Source: a virus (taxonomy: Duplodnaviria > Caudoviricetes). Taken from it: a stretch of 64,000 nucleotides of DNA. The stretch covers positions 148 to 64,147 of the IMG/VR virus record IMGVR_UViG_3300036793_000047; one strand, given 5' to 3'. The position numbers and the translations under genes are program-made. The notes below the pieces were generated by a model, which saw only the letters and a program-made list of their open reading frames with translations, was not told where the DNA came from and made no database searches. Positions 53,403-61,559 of the stretch are shown one piece after another (the first letter of the stretch is position 1; each line of letters begins with the position of its first letter).

Positions 53403-53840
53403 TCAGCTGTCCTGCAGTGCGATGCTGACGCCGACACCGCGAGCAGCTGCGAGCGCGCCGTGCGCGCCAGCGCCCGCGACGTTGTGCCACTCATTGATCA
53501 CAGCTGCTACCTGGCCGGCCTGCTGATACGGCAGCCCCGTGACCGGCTGCGACGTGACACAGCCGACTGAGTCGAGTGTCACTGCGCCGTAGTCGGCGCC
53601 GATCACGCACGACTGCGCTGACGCAGCTGCGAGCCCGGCAGCTGACATCGTCGCTGACCCGGCCGACTGCACCGATGCGATCGTCGTGCCCGGTGTCACG
53701 TTCCCGGCCGACGTGATCGTCTTGCCGACGTCTGCCTGCGTGAAACTGTTACCTGAGTCGAGCACAGTCGTCGTCGTCGCGAACGTCATCGTCCCGGTGA
53801 TGTTGCGCGAGCTGAGCGGGCGCGTCTTCGTCGTCGTCAT
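53403..53840 (-). CDS. Putative virion accessory protein
   Basis: Thr/Ser/Ala-rich beta segment plus a C-terminal PYQQ..Q.A..INEWHN motif shared with the next gene. Confidence 0.55.
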   Translation of the reverse strand: MTTTKTRPLSSRNITGTMTFATTTTVLDSGNSFTQADVGKTITSAGNVTPGTTIASVQSAGSATMSAAGLAAASAQSCVIGADYGAVTLDSVGCVTSQPVTGLPYQQAGQVAAVINEWHNVAGAGAHGALAAARGVGVSIALQDS

Positions 53841-53843
53841 CTG

Positions 53844-54074
53844 TCAGATCTCCTGAATCGCGACGCCGAGCGAGCCGAGCCGCGACGCAGCTGCTGCTGC
53901 TCCCGTGCCCGCGGGGCTGTTATGCCACTCGTTGATAGCCTGCGCGATCTGCGCGAGCTGCTGATACGGCGGTGTGAAGCCAAGCGCCGTGTTCACTCGA
54001 TCACAGCAGCCAGTCGCGTCCGTCGTGATCGTCGTGAACGATCCGCTACTGCTCGGCTTGACTTTGGTCGCCAT
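53844..54074 (-). CDS. Small paralog with PYQQ...INEWHN motif
   Basis: ATG 54074 after GGGGA; 76 aa. Confidence 0.55.
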   Translation of the reverse strand: MATKVKPSSSGSFTTITTDATGCCDRVNTALGFTPPYQQLAQIAQAINEWHNSPAGTGAAAAASRLGSLGVAIQEI

Positions 54075-54375
54075 CGCCGTTCCCCTTTGCGCTCTCCGGT
54101 CCATACTTCGCGATGAGCTGCGCGCGAGTCATGCCCGCTGCAGCGTCTGGGTCCGCGCCCGTGCTCACGGCGTACGCAGCCCACTGAGACTGCGACGCGT
54201 TCAGCGCGGGCACTTCCAGCCGGACCCCTTCGACCGGCTCGACGTCGTCGAGCGGCACCCACGCGTGCGGCCCGTCGACGAGCGCTTCGTGCACGAGATC
54301 GCCCGCGTTAAACGCGCGCACGCCGTTGTAAGCGATGTCTCGCACCGCGCGGTAGTTCATGCCGACAGCCTGCAT
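54046..54375 (-). CDS. Small head-region protein
   Basis: PALNASQSQWAAYA...MTRAQLIAKYG. Confidence 0.55.
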   Translation of the reverse strand: MQAVGMNYRAVRDIAYNGVRAFNAGDLVHEALVDGPHAWVPLDDVEPVEGVRLEVPALNASQSQWAAYAVSTGADPDAAAGMTRAQLIAKYGPESAKGNGDGDQSQAEQ

Positions 54376-54378
54376 AGG

Positions 54379-54714
54379 TCACGCTCCTAGCGGATAGAGC
54401 TTCATTTCAGCTGACGTGCCGTCGACCGAGACAGTCACTCGGCCGTTAGCGTCGCCGTACGCGTTCGGGATCCGTATCACCTGGATCTGCCCGGCGGTGA
54501 AGTTGTACGTTCGGAAGCCCGGCGCAGTCGTACCGGCGAGCAGCCCGTCGACCGTCTGATTCACGCCGACTGTCAGCACGTGCGAGCCGGCTCCGGTGTT
54601 CCGGCACAGCAGCACGCAGCCGGCCGGGTACGTGTCGACGCCCACGCCAGCGCCAGACAGCTCAGTGACGACTGCGCCAGTGCTTACCGCCTGCACTGCA
54701 GCTTGTGCGGTCAT
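54379..54714 (-). CDS. Small beta-rich head-associated protein
   Basis: RNTGAGSHVLTV...DG...YGDANGRVTVS. Confidence 0.55.
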   Translation of the reverse strand: MTAQAAVQAVSTGAVVTELSGAGVGVDTYPAGCVLLCRNTGAGSHVLTVGVNQTVDGLLAGTTAPGFRTYNFTAGQIQVIRIPNAYGDANGRVTVSVDGTSAEMKLYPLGA

Positions 54715-54750
54715 GCTTGCCTCCCGGCTAGAAACTAGACACTAGACAGA

Positions 54751-55581
54751 TCACGCGAAGCCAGGCCGGCGCTCGCCCTCAAGTAGCTCCAGCGCGCGCC
54801 CCGGTATCCGGTAGCCCGCCGGGATGCTCTGTTCAAAACTCGTGATCTCCTGCAGCCCCGGCTCTTGCTGATCTGTCAGGTTGCCGCGCTGCGTCGCCCA
54901 CAGATCCCAGATGATCTCTTTCACACCCAAGATCACGTCGTCGGGTATCTCAGTCCGGCCGCCCGTGTACGTCGCCTTCCACGGCCCGAACCAAAACGGC
55001 AGGAACGACTGCAGGCGCAGCGTCGCAGCGGCCGGGTTGACGATCAGATCGCTGTTCTGCCAGACCGGCCCGCCATTCCACACTGAGCTGACAGACGTGA
55101 CTGATGCTGTGCTGACGAGCGGGCCATGCAGCAGGCGCATCACGTCGCGAAACTCGCCGGGGATGATCTCGTCAGTGAACTGCCGGATAACGAGCGTCCC
55201 GACGATGCGCTCAGCGAGCCGAGTCGCGCCGGCCATGACGCCGCGGATCTTCTCATCGTTGCGCGTGTCGCTGATCGCGAGATAGTCGCGCGTCTCAGCG
55301 AGTGACACAACTGACCGGAACTTCCGAACGTTGACGTAGTCCGTCTTGTGCGTCGTCGGGTTCGTCGTCGCCCAGTCGAACGCGTGCAGCCCGGCTTGCG
55401 CGAACACGTAATTAACGAGCAGCAGCCCCTGAGTCGCCGGGGGCAGCGTGACAGTCGGGCTCGCCGTCGTCTGATCCGGCAGCGTGATCGTCAGCGTCGC
55501 TGTCGCTGGGTTAGCCGGCACGCCGTTCGCGTCGACGATGGGCAGCGTCACTGCGTAGGACTGCCCGACGTCGTACGTCAT
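54751..55581 (-). CDS. Head-to-tail adaptor with N-terminal extra domain
   Basis: VVSLAETRDYL...DEKIR...ATRLAE...ATYTGG...IPDDV.LGV. Confidence 0.75.
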   Translation of the reverse strand: MTYDVGQSYAVTLPIVDANGVPANPATATLTITLPDQTTASPTVTLPPATQGLLLVNYVFAQAGLHAFDWATTNPTTHKTDYVNVRKFRSVVSLAETRDYLAISDTRNDEKIRGVMAGATRLAERIVGTLVIRQFTDEIIPGEFRDVMRLLHGPLVSTASVTSVSSVWNGGPVWQNSDLIVNPAAATLRLQSFLPFWFGPWKATYTGGRTEIPDDVILGVKEIIWDLWATQRGNLTDQQEPGLQEITSFEQSIPAGYRIPGRALELLEGERRPGFA

Positions 55582-55605
55582 GTCCGCTGCCCCTCTGCGC
55601 TGCTG

Positions 55606-55950
55606 CTACTTGCGACCCGAGCTCGAGGTCTGCTGCTTCGGCTTGTCTGACCGGCCGGGCGGCGCCTTGTCGACGCGCGCAGTCTTGTCGTCGCTCTCGT
55701 CCTGGCCGCCGACGTCGTCGCCCTGCTCAGCTGCCTGCTTGCGCTTCGCTGCAGCTGCACGGCGCTGCTCAGCTGCACGCGCTCGCGGCGTGTAGCCGAG
55801 CGAGTCGGCGTGCGCGTCGAGCACGTCCGTTGGGGCGCCGTACGCGACAGCGTTCTCGCGCTCGCTCATGATCTGCTCGACGAGCTGACCCTTGCCCGGC
55901 TCGTCGACGTACTGCGCGCGGATCGCGTCGCGCTCGTCCAGATCCTGCAT
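55606..55950 (-). CDS. Hypothetical protein (charged, low complexity)
   Basis: 114 aa in the head module. Confidence 0.55.
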   Translation of the reverse strand: MQDLDERDAIRAQYVDEPGKGQLVEQIMSERENAVAYGAPTDVLDAHADSLGYTPRARAAEQRRAAAAKRKQAAEQGDDVGGQDESDDKTARVDKAPPGRSDKPKQQTSSSGRK

Positions 55951-55963
55951 CGTGTCTGCCCTT

Positions 55964-56542
55964 TCACTCGATCTCGATCACACCGAACCCGGTCCCCGAG
56001 TTGCCGTCATACGGGCCGGCTGTCGCTATCACCCGCGTCTTATACCGGCCCGACGCTTCGATCTCGTCCCACCACTCGATGACGCCCGGCATCATCCGCA
56101 CGTCGTGCACGAGCACGAGCCCGCCCTTGCGCACGATGCGCGAGTACACGGCGAAGTCCATCGAGCAGCCGTCATAGCTGTGATCGCCGTCGATATAGAC
56201 GACGTCAGCGACGCCCTCGCAGCCCGCGTCGAGTAGCTGATCAGTGACGAACGCGACCGCCTCGGGGGTGTGCGAGTCGACGAACATGAATCGCACGCCC
56301 GCCGGCACTTTGACCCAGTCGGGACCGGGCACCGGCTCGCTGATCGCGACGATGACTGGCGGGCCGGGCAGCTGCGACCACGCCCACAGCGTGCCGCCCT
56401 CACCGACGCCTATCTCGACGATCGTCGACGCGTTGCGCTCGTCGAGCAGCTGCAGCACTTCAGTCAGCTCCGCGGGCACTTGCTGCGCCCGGCGCTTGTC
56501 GCACGCTTCCCGCGCGATCGCGCCCCAGTCACGCACGCTCAC
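55964..56542 (-). CDS. Class I SAM-dependent methyltransferase (Methyltransf_24-like)
   Basis: IVEIGVGEGGT...DVVYIDGDHSY...D...RKGGLVLVHD. Confidence 0.8.
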   Translation of the reverse strand: MSVRDWGAIAREACDKRRAQQVPAELTEVLQLLDERNASTIVEIGVGEGGTLWAWSQLPGPPVIVAISEPVPGPDWVKVPAGVRFMFVDSHTPEAVAFVTDQLLDAGCEGVADVVYIDGDHSYDGCSMDFAVYSRIVRKGGLVLVHDVRMMPGVIEWWDEIEASGRYKTRVIATAGPYDGNSGTGFGVIEIE

Positions 56543-57069
56543 GGCAGCTCACCCGCCTGTCCTAGCCGGTAGTGCAGATGCACCGGCCGCACGCTCCAGT
56601 CGATCGGCACTTCGCGCTCGACGTGCCGGTAATGCCAGCCCGCGAAGGAGATGTCATCCATGCGCACGCCGGGGTGCTCAGCGACAAAGCGCTGTGTGAG
56701 CGCGCCCGGCAAGTAGACCATGCCGAACCCGAACAGGTGACACGTCGGCTCGTCGTCTTCGACCCAGCGCAGCTCGCGCTCGCTGCGCGTGTAACGCTGG
56801 GCTGCCCAGACCGGCTGTTCAGGGACGCCGTACAGCCGATACGGCCCGACGAGCGGCCGCTCAGGAGTCGCAGCGGCACGGGCCGCGAAGCTGCGCAGGT
56901 CTTCGCGGCTTACGGCGATGTCCCAGTCGAGCACGATTGCATCCCCGAGCATCGCGACAGCGGAATAGTCCCAGTCGTCGACGACGATGCGGCGCATGCT
57001 GTCAGCGACGAGCGCGCGCGGCGCGTCCGGCGCTATCGGATGCTCAGGCCACGCTCTGACGAGCTGCAC
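56539..57069 (-). CDS. Short GT-A glycosyltransferase-like protein
   Basis: IVLDWDI (DxD), GFGMVYL, DISF...HLHY. Confidence 0.55.
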   Translation of the reverse strand: MQLVRAWPEHPIAPDAPRALVADSMRRIVVDDWDYSAVAMLGDAIVLDWDIAVSREDLRSFAARAAATPERPLVGPYRLYGVPEQPVWAAQRYTRSERELRWVEDDEPTCHLFGFGMVYLPGALTQRFVAEHPGVRMDDISFAGWHYRHVEREVPIDWSVRPVHLHYRLGQAGELP

Positions 57070-57075
57070 GGCTTG

Positions 57076-57342
57076 CTACTGATTGCCGACGAGACAGGCC
57101 ACGTCGACTGAGCTATCGCTATTCGCCCACAGCTGTTCGCCTTCAAGCATGACGAACGGCACGGGAGTCCCGTCGCTCGGCAGCACGAATCCAATGTCGC
57201 CTGTGACGTCAGCTTCAGTGCCAGATACCCATGCGTTACCGCTGCCGCCGTCCCACCGGACAACAACGTGCGTCGGCAGCTCGCCGGTCGCTTCCGCGAT
57301 CTTTACCGGCGCAGTTACTGCCTGAGTCTTCCCGCTGATCAT
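57076..57342 (-). CDS. Small beta protein, possible capsid decoration
   Basis: ATG 57342; 88 aa immediately after the major capsid gene. Confidence 0.5.
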   Translation of the reverse strand: MISGKTQAVTAPVKIAEATGELPTHVVVRWDGGSGNAWVSGTEADVTGDIGFVLPSDGTPVPFVMLEGEQLWANSDSSVDVACLVGNQ

Positions 57343-57365
57343 TCTGGTCTGTCCTCTCGCTAGAC

Positions 57366-57456
57366 CACAGCTCGCGCGAGTGATACCGAGCATGCCGTCA
57401 TCCTGGCATGCTGCGAGCCCGGAGATCGGCGCCTCCGGGCTCGCAGTCGAGCTGTG
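57366..57456 (-). terminator. Branched stem-loop after the major capsid gene
   Basis: 14-bp stem 57411-57446; 7-bp stem 57390-57411; 9-bp closing stem 57366-57374/57448-57456. Confidence 0.5.
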
Positions 57457-57462
57457 TCGTGC

Positions 57463-58938
57463 TTAGAAGGTCGGCGTGATCATGCCGGTGCCGCCGACGC
57501 TGCCGATCGCGTTGGCGTACCGGCGGAACGTGTACGCGAAGTAGCCGTACAGCACGAGCAGCACACCGAGCGACGCAGCCTTGGGCTGTTCGGCTCTTAT
57601 ATAAACCGGGGCATTTGGATCTTCCCACAGGTGACACTCGTCAGCCGGGACGACGTACATCTCATCCTGGTTGGTGCCGGCGCCCAGGTTCGTCGCGAGG
57701 TTGTTGTCGACGACGACCTTGAGGCCGGACGGCAGCACACCCCTGATGCCCTGGCTGTACGAGCTGTCCGGGTTCATCACGCCGCCCGAGTACATCGGGA
57801 TGCCCGCCGAGTTGATCAGCGGCCACGTCGAGCCCAGCTGGCTCGACAGCCAGTACCAGCGCCGCGAGTGCATGATCGCGTGAGTCGGCGTCGCCTGCGC
57901 GAGCAGCGCAGCCTCGACGTCGCCGGCTGCGCCCAGGATCTTCGGGTACAGCAGCGCCGCGGTCGGCTGCGTAGTCGTGAACGCGCGCTGCTGAGCCTGC
58001 GCGAGCGCAGACACACCGGTCGTCGCCTGAGTCAGCAGCGTCGCGTCGAGCGTCGTCGCGTAACGCCGGAACAGGTCTTGGATCGTGACTTCCTCGATGC
58101 CAGTGCCCCGGTCGATCGCCTGCCGCGACAGCGTGACCTGGCCGGCTGCTGTCTGCACGTTCTCAGTCAGCAGCGTGTCAGCGATCGACGACGCCGTCAC
58201 CCCGGCGGGCAGTTCAGACGCCTGCAGCCCCACGCCCGACGCTGTCGTCACCCGCGAAATGTTGATCGTCATCCCGTTCGGCGGGAGGTCGTGATGATTG
58301 CAGATGTCCGCGAACGGACGCAGCGCTGCGACAGCCGGCGCGTACATGTCCGTCAGGTACTGCGGCACAGTCAGACCGGCCCAGTTCGCCGTAGTCGAGT
58401 CACCGGCAGCTCGCTCCTGCATGCCGTTGACGTACTCGGCGCGCTCGATCCGCTCTTCCTGCATGTGCGTCGCGAGACGGTGCTGAGCAGCTGCGTCGTT
58501 GCGGATCGTCGCAGACACGACGTCGCGCAGGAAAAACACGCCCTTACGGTCGGTGTCAGCGCGATACGTGCGCTCGTTCCGGCCGATCTGCAGCGACGCT
58601 GTGCGCGTCTCCGCTGCGGCGGCAGACCGCTGCGGCGGCAGCCCCTCAGCGTCGCGTGACTCGTTCGCAGCTTCGACAGCTTCCATCTCGTCACGGCGAG
58701 CCTGACGAGCAGTCTGCAGCTTGTGCTCGATGCCCCGGATCGCAGTCAGGGCCTTCTTGCGCTCAGCTTGCGCGTCAGCGACCTGCTTGTCTTCCTCGGC
58801 GGTGAGCGCCGACCGGCCCTCTTGCGTCGCCTGCGCGACGATGAACTTGACGGTCCCGAGCGCGCGATCGCGCATGCGCTCAGCTTGCTCTAGCTCGACT
58901 TCGATCTCAGTGATGACGTCGTCGATGTAAATGGGCAT
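57463..58938 (-). CDS. Major capsid protein, HK97 fold, with N-terminal scaffold (delta) domain
   Basis: Coiled-coil N-terminus; GLTVPQYL...PFADIC...ISRVT...AGQVTLSRQAIDR...MHSRRWYWL. Confidence 0.9.
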   Translation of the reverse strand: MPIYIDDVITEIEVELEQAERMRDRALGTVKFIVAQATQEGRSALTAEEDKQVADAQAERKKALTAIRGIEHKLQTARQARRDEMEAVEAANESRDAEGLPPQRSAAAAETRTASLQIGRNERTYRADTDRKGVFFLRDVVSATIRNDAAAQHRLATHMQEERIERAEYVNGMQERAAGDSTTANWAGLTVPQYLTDMYAPAVAALRPFADICNHHDLPPNGMTINISRVTTASGVGLQASELPAGVTASSIADTLLTENVQTAAGQVTLSRQAIDRGTGIEEVTIQDLFRRYATTLDATLLTQATTGVSALAQAQQRAFTTTQPTAALLYPKILGAAGDVEAALLAQATPTHAIMHSRRWYWLSSQLGSTWPLINSAGIPMYSGGVMNPDSSYSQGIRGVLPSGLKVVVDNNLATNLGAGTNQDEMYVVPADECHLWEDPNAPVYIRAEQPKAASLGVLLVLYGYFAYTFRRYANAIGSVGGTGMITPTF

Positions 58939-58939
58939 G

Positions 58940-59100
58940 ATCTGCTCCAGGTGGGAACGCGAGTTGATCGGGTTGATAGCCGTCGCGGTCGCTCTGACCG
59001 GCGCATGTGCGCGGCTCGCATTCCCCAGGCGATCGAGTCTGATTGCCCGTTTGCCTGGGCGTCGCCCGGTCTGATTGCCGGGCGGGTCGTGCTGCGGCTG
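58940..59100 (-). promoter_or_regulatory. Structured 5' leader of the major capsid gene
   Basis: 11-bp direct repeat GTCTGATTGCC (59037-59047, 59069-59079), each inside a 7-bp stem. Confidence 0.4.
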
Positions 59101-59103
59101 ATG

Positions 59104-59958
59104 TTACAGGTCGACGTCCAGTTCCGCGAGCACCATCGCGATCGAGCGCCCGCCCGGCTGCTGCACCGGCTTGGCGCCGTTGCGCGCGATCTGCCGCAGA
59201 CGAGCCGGCGAGCCCTCATCGAAGCCGTGCCCGGTCGCTGACGGCAGCAGCACCCCGCCGAACCGCTCAGCGAGCTGCGCGAGAGCTGCGCGCTGCGCCC
59301 CATCGGGCAGCTGCGACAGATCACGCAGGAACTCGCGCGACCGCGCCGCGATCGACGTGTACGGGTTCGCGCCGTAGTTGACAGCGCTGACGTCCCCGCG
59401 GTCCTGGTCGACTTTCGTGATCGTCAGATGCTCGTAATCCTCGTCCCACTCCGCTTCAGTGATCATGAACGCGAACGACATCTCAGTAATGTGCTCGTCG
59501 TCGATCGCGACGAGCAGATCGTGCACGTCGACGCGCTGCGGGTTGACGAACGCGAGCACCTTTTCGCCGCGCGCGTCAGCTGACAGCTGCAGCGTGTCGT
59601 TCGTCGTCCGCGCCATCGTCACGCCCCGGTGATTGACAAGGAACGCGACGTCAGGGCCGGCTGCGAGAGTTTCGTCGAACGCGCCCGGCGCCATCGTCTC
59701 GCCGTACGGACCCCACGCGTCCCACATCTCGTACTCAAGCCCGACGATCGAGCTGTACCCCTCTAGCTGGTACATCTCCTTCGTTCCGAGCACGACCGGC
59801 TGATGCCGCCACTCAGCTTTGAACCCGTTCATGCGCGCAGCCGGCCCGAACGTGCTGCGCTCGCCGTAAGCAGCTGCTCGCGCTTCGTGCGGCCGGGTCG
59901 ACGACGTCAGCTGCTGCGCTCGCGCGCTCGCGCTGCTGCCGTGCTCGTTATCAGACAT
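59104..59958 (-). CDS. HK97-family prohead protease
   Basis: EGYSS...ETMAPGAF...FLVNH...MART...LQLSADARG...EMSFAF...VSAVNYGANP. Confidence 0.85.
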   Translation of the reverse strand: MSDNEHGSSASARAQQLTSSTRPHEARAAAYGERSTFGPAARMNGFKAEWRHQPVVLGTKEMYQLEGYSSIVGLEYEMWDAWGPYGETMAPGAFDETLAAGPDVAFLVNHRGVTMARTTNDTLQLSADARGEKVLAFVNPQRVDVHDLLVAIDDEHITEMSFAFMITEAEWDEDYEHLTITKVDQDRGDVSAVNYGANPYTSIAARSREFLRDLSQLPDGAQRAALAQLAERFGGVLLPSATGHGFDEGSPARLRQIARNGAKPVQQPGGRSIAMVLAELDVDL

Positions 59959-59960
59959 CG

Positions 59961-61289
59961 TTACGAACCTCCCGGTCCCTCGATCGCTGGCAGCTCAGGG
60001 GACGGCTCCAGCTCAGGCTGACTGCTGTCGCCAGGCGGCTCAGCCGGGCTCAGCGCTTGCTCTTTCGACGGCGCATAGATCGCCGGCACACCCGTCGCGT
60101 ACTTGACACCGAACAGCCGGTCAAACTCTGCGAGCTGCTTATCAGTGAACGGCGCCCTGTTCTCCAGCTCGCGCGCCTCGCTTGGCGCCAGCGTCCGCGA
60201 CTGGATCGCAGTCTCAATCGCCTGCGCGCGCGTCAGCGGATCGAGTCGCAGCAGCGAATCAGTGTTCAGCTTCACATACCGGGGCTGCACCAGGATGCCC
60301 GACAGCGCTGACTCACGGCGGATGATCGCCGGGCCGAGATTCATGACGAGCAGCTGCAGGTTCCGCTGCGTGATGTTCGCGTATGTCATCTGACGAGTCG
60401 CCCCGGTGGGCGCTGAGTCGATCAAGTCAGACGGCACGCCCAGGAACCGCGCGACGTCAGTGATCGAGTATTTTTTCGCCTCTAGCCAGTCGTTCGACGC
60501 TGACTGTGCCTGGATAAAGTCGTACTCCCAGTCAGCGCCGTGCACGAACGGCTCGCCCGCTGCGACGCTCGCTTTCCACGATTCCTTGACGACTGCAGCT
60601 TCGACTTCATTGAGTGTCTTCTGCGTGTTCTTGAGGCGCGAGCGGGGCACTGCGCCGCCGCTAAACCAGTCTGTCGCGAACTCTTGCACGCTCAGGTACT
60701 CACCGATCGACCACGCTGCGTACATGATCGGGGACAGCCCGACGTGCAGGCCGGGCAGCGTGTACGCCTTCTCGTGCCAGATGATCGACGGGTCGTACAG
60801 CGTGCCGTCAATCCGGTATTTGTTGATCTTGCCGTTTTTGACGATCACTTGCGTCGACGTCGCCGGCGCTAGCTCGATGCGAGACGGGTTACCGAACCCG
60901 TCTGTCTTCGTGATGACGCCGATCGTGTTGCCGATCCGGTCGAGGTCGACTTGCGTCGAGTACATGAATTCCGGCATCAGCGCGTTACCCGTGTTGACCG
61001 GCTTGCCCTCCGGGTTGACGAGCACAGGCGGCGGCGGGCATGCGATCTGCACGCCGTTGACGCGCCGGTACACGTCGAGCGGGAACGTCGAGATCAGATC
61101 AGCTCGTATCCGCAGACACGCCCACACAGCTGAATGACGCAGCGCTGACTCTTGCGTGACGACCGGCGCGCCCATCCGCTGAAACGGCCGGGGCGGCACG
61201 AGATCAGCCGGCGACGTGATGCCCCAATACGGGCCGGCACGCTGCGCGGCACCGTTGGAACTCGGGCGCGACCCGAACAGCAGACCCAC
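59961..61289 (-). CDS. HK97-family portal protein
   Basis: ALRHSAVWACLRIRADLIS.FP...GLSPI...VARFLGVP...NITQRN...LAPSEARELEN. Confidence 0.9.
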   Translation of the reverse strand: MGLLFGSRPSSNGAAQRAGPYWGITSPADLVPPRPFQRMGAPVVTQESALRHSAVWACLRIRADLISTFPLDVYRRVNGVQIACPPPPVLVNPEGKPVNTGNALMPEFMYSTQVDLDRIGNTIGVITKTDGFGNPSRIELAPATSTQVIVKNGKINKYRIDGTLYDPSIIWHEKAYTLPGLHVGLSPIMYAAWSIGEYLSVQEFATDWFSGGAVPRSRLKNTQKTLNEVEAAVVKESWKASVAAGEPFVHGADWEYDFIQAQSASNDWLEAKKYSITDVARFLGVPSDLIDSAPTGATRQMTYANITQRNLQLLVMNLGPAIIRRESALSGILVQPRYVKLNTDSLLRLDPLTRAQAIETAIQSRTLAPSEARELENRAPFTDKQLAEFDRLFGVKYATGVPAIYAPSKEQALSPAEPPGDSSQPELEPSPELPAIEGPGGS

Positions 61290-61291
61290 GG

Positions 61292-61546
61292 CTATCGCCT
61301 AGCGTCGATCCGCAGGCAGCACACGCCCAGCAGGCCCAGCCCGGCCCACAGCCCGAACCGCAGCCCAGCAGACGCGCTGATCAGCAGCACCCCAGCGACG
61401 CCGTACGCGCTGTCTGACAGCTGCCACGAGCGAGCAGACGTCAGCGCAGCAGCGACCCGGCCGCGACCCCAGCGCGCTGCGTCGACGAGCCCCGGCCGGT
61501 GCATGATCGCTTTCGGGTTCAGCGGCATCGTCTGCTGCTCAGTCAT
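61292..61546 (-). CDS. Small membrane protein between terminase and portal
   Basis: Two TM segments, ends GVCCLRID. Confidence 0.55.
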   Translation of the reverse strand: MTEQQTMPLNPKAIMHRPGLVDAARWGRGRVAAALTSARSWQLSDSAYGVAGVLLISASAGLRFGLWAGLGLLGVCCLRIDARR

Positions 61547-61559
61547 CCGTCATGCCCTC

